In this document: piece after piece, positions 46,501 to 50,407 of the stretch
Layout: every line of letters begins with the position of its first letter
How positions within the stretch are numbered: the stretch's first letter is position 1
Origin: Carpediemonas membranifera BICM
Taxonomy: Eukaryota; Protista; Fornicata
Reading direction: 5' to 3'
Length of the DNA: 50,407 nt
Assembly (NCBI GenBank): GCA_019828565.1
Contig: JAHDYR010000060.1
Coordinates: forward strand, 1 to 50,407
Made by a program: the position numbers and the translations under genes
The notes under the pieces: model-generated
What the model saw: only the letters and a program-made list of their open reading frames with translations
The model's database searches: none
Told to the model about the DNA's origin: nothing

Positions 46501-47975
46501 AGTAGCTGTGGTTGTAAGGGAGGATGTCATCTTCCTTCTCCGGGCCTTCTGGCGACGGGAAAGGGAGGAAGATTCCTCTGTCGCTGATGAACCCGAGGGC
46601 TCTCAGCTGATCTACGCCCAATAGGAGCTTCTCCACAGGACCTGGGAGTACTCTGAAGCTGATGTTCTTGACTATGGGTCTCGTGGTCAGATGTGGGAGC
46701 TCGACGCGGAGCTCAACCATCTCATTACCCTTGACGGTGCTACCTCCCGCCAGCGAGACGATAAACGGTTGGCACTTCTTCGGCTTGATGGAGTTGTCAC
46801 GCTCTCTCAGAGTGTGAAGCAGTCGGCTGCTAATGAATGAGACCCCGGCTCCCGTGTCAACCGTAGCAGAATAGGAGGAGTGATTTATGACAGCCTCCGT
46901 GTGGAGAGCTTCAGCATCACCCTCCTCTGCCGCGTGCGCCTCGAAGGGCGTCTTCTTCGGGGGGTTAGGGCGGAGCTGGCCGCTCTCGCGGGTCCGGCCC
47001 CCGAGCTTAGGGCAATCCGAGTCCCAGTGCTCGCCTCCGCAAAGGCGGCACGGTCTTGTACGCTGCTTACGCGAGGACTGGGCGGCAGTGGTGGTCTTAG
47101 CAGCCTGGGGGAGGCGCCTGACGGTGCTCCCGGTGGTCGTTGGCCTGCGAGGCGCCTGCAGAGGTGCTGGAGGCGGTCGTGGTCGTGGAGTTAGACGCAT
47201 CCTCGAGCTTGGCGACGGTGCGTGCGATGTTGATGAGGTCCTTGAGGGAGGACGGCTTGACGAACTGGCTCTCGAGCTCGATCCTTTCGTAGAGCGACTT
47301 CGGCTTGATCTTCTCCAGAAAGATCTTCCTTGCCGTCTTGTCGAAGGCGGCTGCTCGCTTCGCTGCGACGTCGGCGGCAGTGAGGAGTGCCTCCTCCTCC
47401 ACCACCTCGGCAGTGCCGTCTTCAAGCAGGCGGGCCATCTTTCGCTTCTCCTTGCCAAAGAGCGCTGCTAGGCTCTCGCTGCCCTCCTTCGCGGCGGAAC
47501 GAAGGGCGTAATCTGCGAGTTCCACGAAATCGGCGCCCAGCTGGCGGACGACAGAGAGATTCGAGGGGTAACCCTCGGTACCCAGCTTCGGGCACAGCAC
47601 AGCACGCAGCTGGCGTTTAAGTTCGAGCAGGGAACGGGGTGTGGCCTCGGATTCGAGGAACTCATATACTTGGTTGGAGGTGGCGCTCTCAGCGCTCACA
47701 CCGAGGGTTGCTTCTAATTCTTCCTGTAACTCCTCGCTAAGCAGGAGCCCGGTAGCATAGTCGGGGATCCGAGCGCGAAACACGCGAACCTCGGCTTTGA
47801 ATTTCTTAACACCGCGAGGATCGAGCTCCTTGGCCGACATACGCGGGAAATTATAATCGATTTCCAACTGAACCATTACGAGTGATCACTATGACGTTGT
47901 CGGTGGGAAACATTTTAATCTCGACACAATGGTGTCGTAATCATCAACTGATTAAATGATAAGGAGTCTACGACA
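43540..47975 (-). mobile_element. Ty3/Gypsy chromovirus-type LTR retrotransposon (4436 bp)
   Basis: Identical 84-bp TG...CA LTRs (43540-43623, 47892-47975), 4-bp TSD AGGG, and a polypurine tract at ~43624-43643. Confidence 0.96.
43616..47876 (-). CDS. Gag-Pol: Gag, CCHC knuckle, aspartic protease, RT, RNase H, integrase, chromodomain (frameshifts)
   Basis: CRLCGGEHWDSDC, VDTGA, LPFGL, YIDD, TDAS, H..H..CPTC, IDTVG / SDNG / VER, YIVEQVL..IKWEGY..TWEP. Confidence 0.95.
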
Positions 47976-47979
47976 AGGG

Positions 47980-48201
47980 AGACGGGTTATCGCGAATGGA
48001 TCAATGTCCATAACCCCGGGCGCGATTGAGATCCTCACAGCCACTCAGTTCCGCACGCCAATCCCTCTTCCCGAGATGGTCGACCTTGTTTCTGAGGTAC
48101 TTGCATATAGACCACTGCAGAGATCTCCGGCGGATGTTATGGCCTCGCGCTACATTACTGAGATGACAGTTGCGCACAGAGCGGCACTGGAAGACACTTA
48201 A
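47980..48201 (+). CDS. Caspase/CHAT-like protease of element B, 3' part
   Basis: Removing the Gypsy element gives PGTAG|RRVIANGSMS, matching PGAAGRRLIANGSLS in element A. Confidence 0.8.
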   Translation, partial: RRVIANGSMSITPGAIEILTATQFRTPIPLPEMVDLVSEVLAYRPLQRSPADVMASRYITEMTVAHRAALEDT

Positions 48202-48238
48202 AGTTCAAAATCTCCCTATTTAACTTACTCAATTGGCT

Positions 48239-49441
48239 TCATATCCGCCACCTTCTGGTAGTCATACACTGGTCGCAGAACCTGACACGATAGTCCTGGC
48301 CGTCGAGATGGAACTCAGCATAGCTTAAGTGTTTCTCTTCGCAGAACCAGTTTAGGCACGCCCGGCAGACGCCAGTGTCCTTTGTCGACTTGTCTCCGTC
48401 CTTGATACACGCGTGACATCTGTTAGACCTTCCTGCCAGACTGCAAGCTGCGCAAACCTTTCTGTTCTTACCATCAATCCTCTTCTCTCTGACACACTGA
48501 AGATGCATGAACTGATGGCAGAGATAGCACGTTTCATACTCGTTTCTTTTCATGTTTGGGTTGAAGTACCATTCAGGTGAGGCACAAACAGCGCATGCGA
48601 ACAGTAACTTACGCTGATATAGCTTCAGAAACGTCGCTTGCTTGAGGGCGGGGACCTTATCGTTCATTTCAACGGCCTTGGGTGACTGCTTGAGGAGATC
48701 AGTGACAGTTGTGGAGAGTGAAGCCGTCACCATCGCGGCAACCTCCTTCAAGTCAGCCTCTTCGAGCCTCGATCGCTTCTGAGCAGGCTCATGCATCTGC
48801 GCATCAAAATTAAGCTTCTTGACGGGGGAATCAGGCTTGATGGTAGCCAAGTCAGCTCTTTTTCTGAGCTTTGGTACCAATGTTGTCACTGGAGTCTTTG
48901 TGGGTGTCTCTGCGGGTGTTTCTGCTGGGGTACGTGGCTCAGGCTGGAGCTTGCGATGCTTGATCCTGATTACAACGGCTGGAGGCCATTGAATGCCGGT
49001 GCAAGTGATCAGACTGGAGACATCGTGGAGTCCAAGTCCCCGAAACAGCACAGACATCCTGTTTCTAAACTCCTGCAAGTGTTCAGCTGCATTTGCTCTG
49101 TCTCTGACAACCAGGTAGGGTATCTTTGTGCCAATGAGCTCTGTGCCACCCTTTCTACTTGCCACAAATGCCTGAATGGGCTCAGTAGTCGTGCGCCTGA
49201 CGGAGTTTGCAATAGCAATCTTGCGAAAGCCGTTGCAGAGGCCCGATATCACATCCTGCATGCCAAGGAGAGCGCGATGAACGTCAGAGGTCGTCAGACC
49301 GATAGTTGGGATGTCCGCGACGTCGAAAAAGCATTCCAGGAAGCTAGTCACGAACAGCCGGCGGTACTCTGTTCTCTTATCCGATCCGCAAGACGTGCCC
49401 TGCGAAATCTCAGCTTTCTTCGCAGTTTCACTGGTCGTCAT
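48239..49441 (-). CDS. PHD-finger protein with a second zinc-finger cluster
   Basis: CAVC..CYLCHQFMHLQC..CAAC (C4HC3), then CHAC..CRAC..C..H..CDQC. Confidence 0.82.
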   Translation of the reverse strand: MTTSETAKKAEISQGTSCGSDKRTEYRRLFVTSFLECFFDVADIPTIGLTTSDVHRALLGMQDVISGLCNGFRKIAIANSVRRTTTEPIQAFVASRKGGTELIGTKIPYLVVRDRANAAEHLQEFRNRMSVLFRGLGLHDVSSLITCTGIQWPPAVVIRIKHRKLQPEPRTPAETPAETPTKTPVTTLVPKLRKRADLATIKPDSPVKKLNFDAQMHEPAQKRSRLEEADLKEVAAMVTASLSTTVTDLLKQSPKAVEMNDKVPALKQATFLKLYQRKLLFACAVCASPEWYFNPNMKRNEYETCYLCHQFMHLQCVREKRIDGKNRKVCAACSLAGRSNRCHACIKDGDKSTKDTGVCRACLNWFCEEKHLSYAEFHLDGQDYRVRFCDQCMTTRRWRI

Positions 49442-49511
49442 ATTCTCATCTTAAACTGCGCATGTGTTGACGACAATGTTACGGTTATCCACGAACGAAA
49501 GGCTTAATCAT

Positions 49512-49691
49512 ATGACCAGTTGCATCCATGAAGTCGGCAAGATACAAGATTCTGTTCGAGAAATACGAAATCACATCACTGGGCTGAATTGCGAGGGGTT
49601 GGTGAATGAGAGGCTGAATGACACACAACACGTTCTGGAAGAGATAGGAGATATGTTTATAGATGTAATACAGCAACTTAAAGACCACTAG
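49512..49691 (+). CDS. Small helical protein, homolog of 8172-8387
   Basis: Sequence similarity and syntenic position. Confidence 0.45.
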   Translation: MTSCIHEVGKIQDSVREIRNHITGLNCEGLVNERLNDTQHVLEEIGDMFIDVIQQLKDH

Positions 49692-49963
49692 CACGTTATT
49701 ATCACTTTGAATAAGCAATGAATGGTTATGCAACATCAGCACCTACCTACGAATCACAAGAATGCCCCTAGCACGTCGTATGCAAGCAAAAATGAGACTT
49801 ACCCGTACCTTCCGCACGTTTCTCTACGTTTCACAAACGTTGGTGAAACGTGTGAAATAGTGAAAAAGATACGGGTGAATCTCATTTTTTCTTGCAGTTT
49901 CTTGTGCAAAAGGGTGTTTATCCTCCGTATATCCCCGGATTAACTGGCCATTCTAACAGTATG

Positions 49964-50407
49964 CACTCTGAAGCGCTCTCTGCACGAGCCGATTGCTACA
50001 CCAATATCAGAATTGAGTAACAATTAGTGGGAGAGGCCCAAATCCTCTGCTGCAGCATGTGCTGCGTCGCATTGCTTGATGAACGCTGCATATGTGTGCA
50101 CTTGCCCTCTCATGCATGCCAAGAAAGCGTTATCAGCCATCTCGCGGACCTGCTCAGCCTTAAGACCAAGTTCATCGCGCAAATCGTCCGTCCAGCCCCT
50201 TCCGTGCACTCTTCCAACGTCACCGTTGTGAAGCGTCACCGCGGGTATGAGCTTGACGTCCCAGTTGGAGTACTGGGCGCGCTTGCTCGTCATGGCCTGA
50301 GACACGTGGTTGCTGACGACGTTGTCAATGACGATTGCCTTCACGCCAGGTTTCGTGAGGAGGATGTCCGCCCGCGCCTTCATAGAGCTTGGTCCGGTCA
50401 ATGGTCC
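49964..50407 (-). mobile_element. CRE-like family 2, second copy, 3' end (continues beyond window)
   Basis: Near-identical to 23112-23552. RLE C-terminus ORF at 50024-50401. Confidence 0.92.

Larger units (their letters stand above)
29631..49963 (+). mobile_element. Complete large cargo DNA transposon, family B
   Basis: Perfect 48-bp TIRs CATACTGTTAGAATGGCCAGTTAATCCGGGGATATACGGAGGATAAAC (29631-29678 / 49916-49963). CA on both flanks; CRE-array sequence on both sides. Confidence 0.93.

Noticed and set aside
29631-49963. Polinton/Maverick, virophage or endogenous giant virus interpretation
   Set aside because: No pPolB, capsid, packaging ATPase or element-owned retroviral integrase is recognisable. 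The short TIRs and 2-bp TSD do not fit. The only integrase belongs to the nested Gypsy element.
1-50407. CRISPR array, rRNA/tRNA genes or a prokaryotic defence island (HEPN, CHAT, recombinase)
   Set aside because: No repeat-spacer array or structural RNA gene recognised. Introns, LTR and non-LTR elements, SET and PHD domains indicate a eukaryotic nuclear context.

Overview
Eukaryotic, probably protist, DNA made almost entirely of nested mobile elements. Tiny GT-AG introns of about 28-37 nt and AGTAAA-type signals right after stop codons suggest a fornicate/metamonad host (inference). The backbone is a head-to-tail array of two alternating CRE-like (RT + restriction-like endonuclease) non-LTR retrotransposon families on the minus strand. 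Inserted into it are large cargo-carrying DNA transposons of three related families (here A, B, C) whose ends read CATACTGT...ACAGTATG. A and B have 48-49 bp TIRs and 2-bp target duplications. Element B is complete (29631-49963, about 12.1 kb without later insertions). It encodes a RAG1/Transib/CMC-like DDE transposase and a cargo of GNAT acetyltransferase, coiled-coil/OTU-like protease, SET domain, caspase/CHAT-like protease and PHD finger genes. The same cargo recurs in the same order, but diverged, in element A (1-10744, left end off-window), which adds a protein kinase. Several cargo proteins begin with histone-H3-tail-like sequences. Element C (right end at 19584) carries a degenerate tyrosine recombinase, an OTU-like protease and a HEPN protein. 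Inside B, a 3.8-kb non-autonomous A-ended element splits the GNAT gene, and a chromodomain Ty3/Gypsy element with 84-bp LTRs splits the caspase-like gene. Many frameshifts fall in homopolymers and may be long-read errors. All domain calls come from motifs read by eye; no database search was run.
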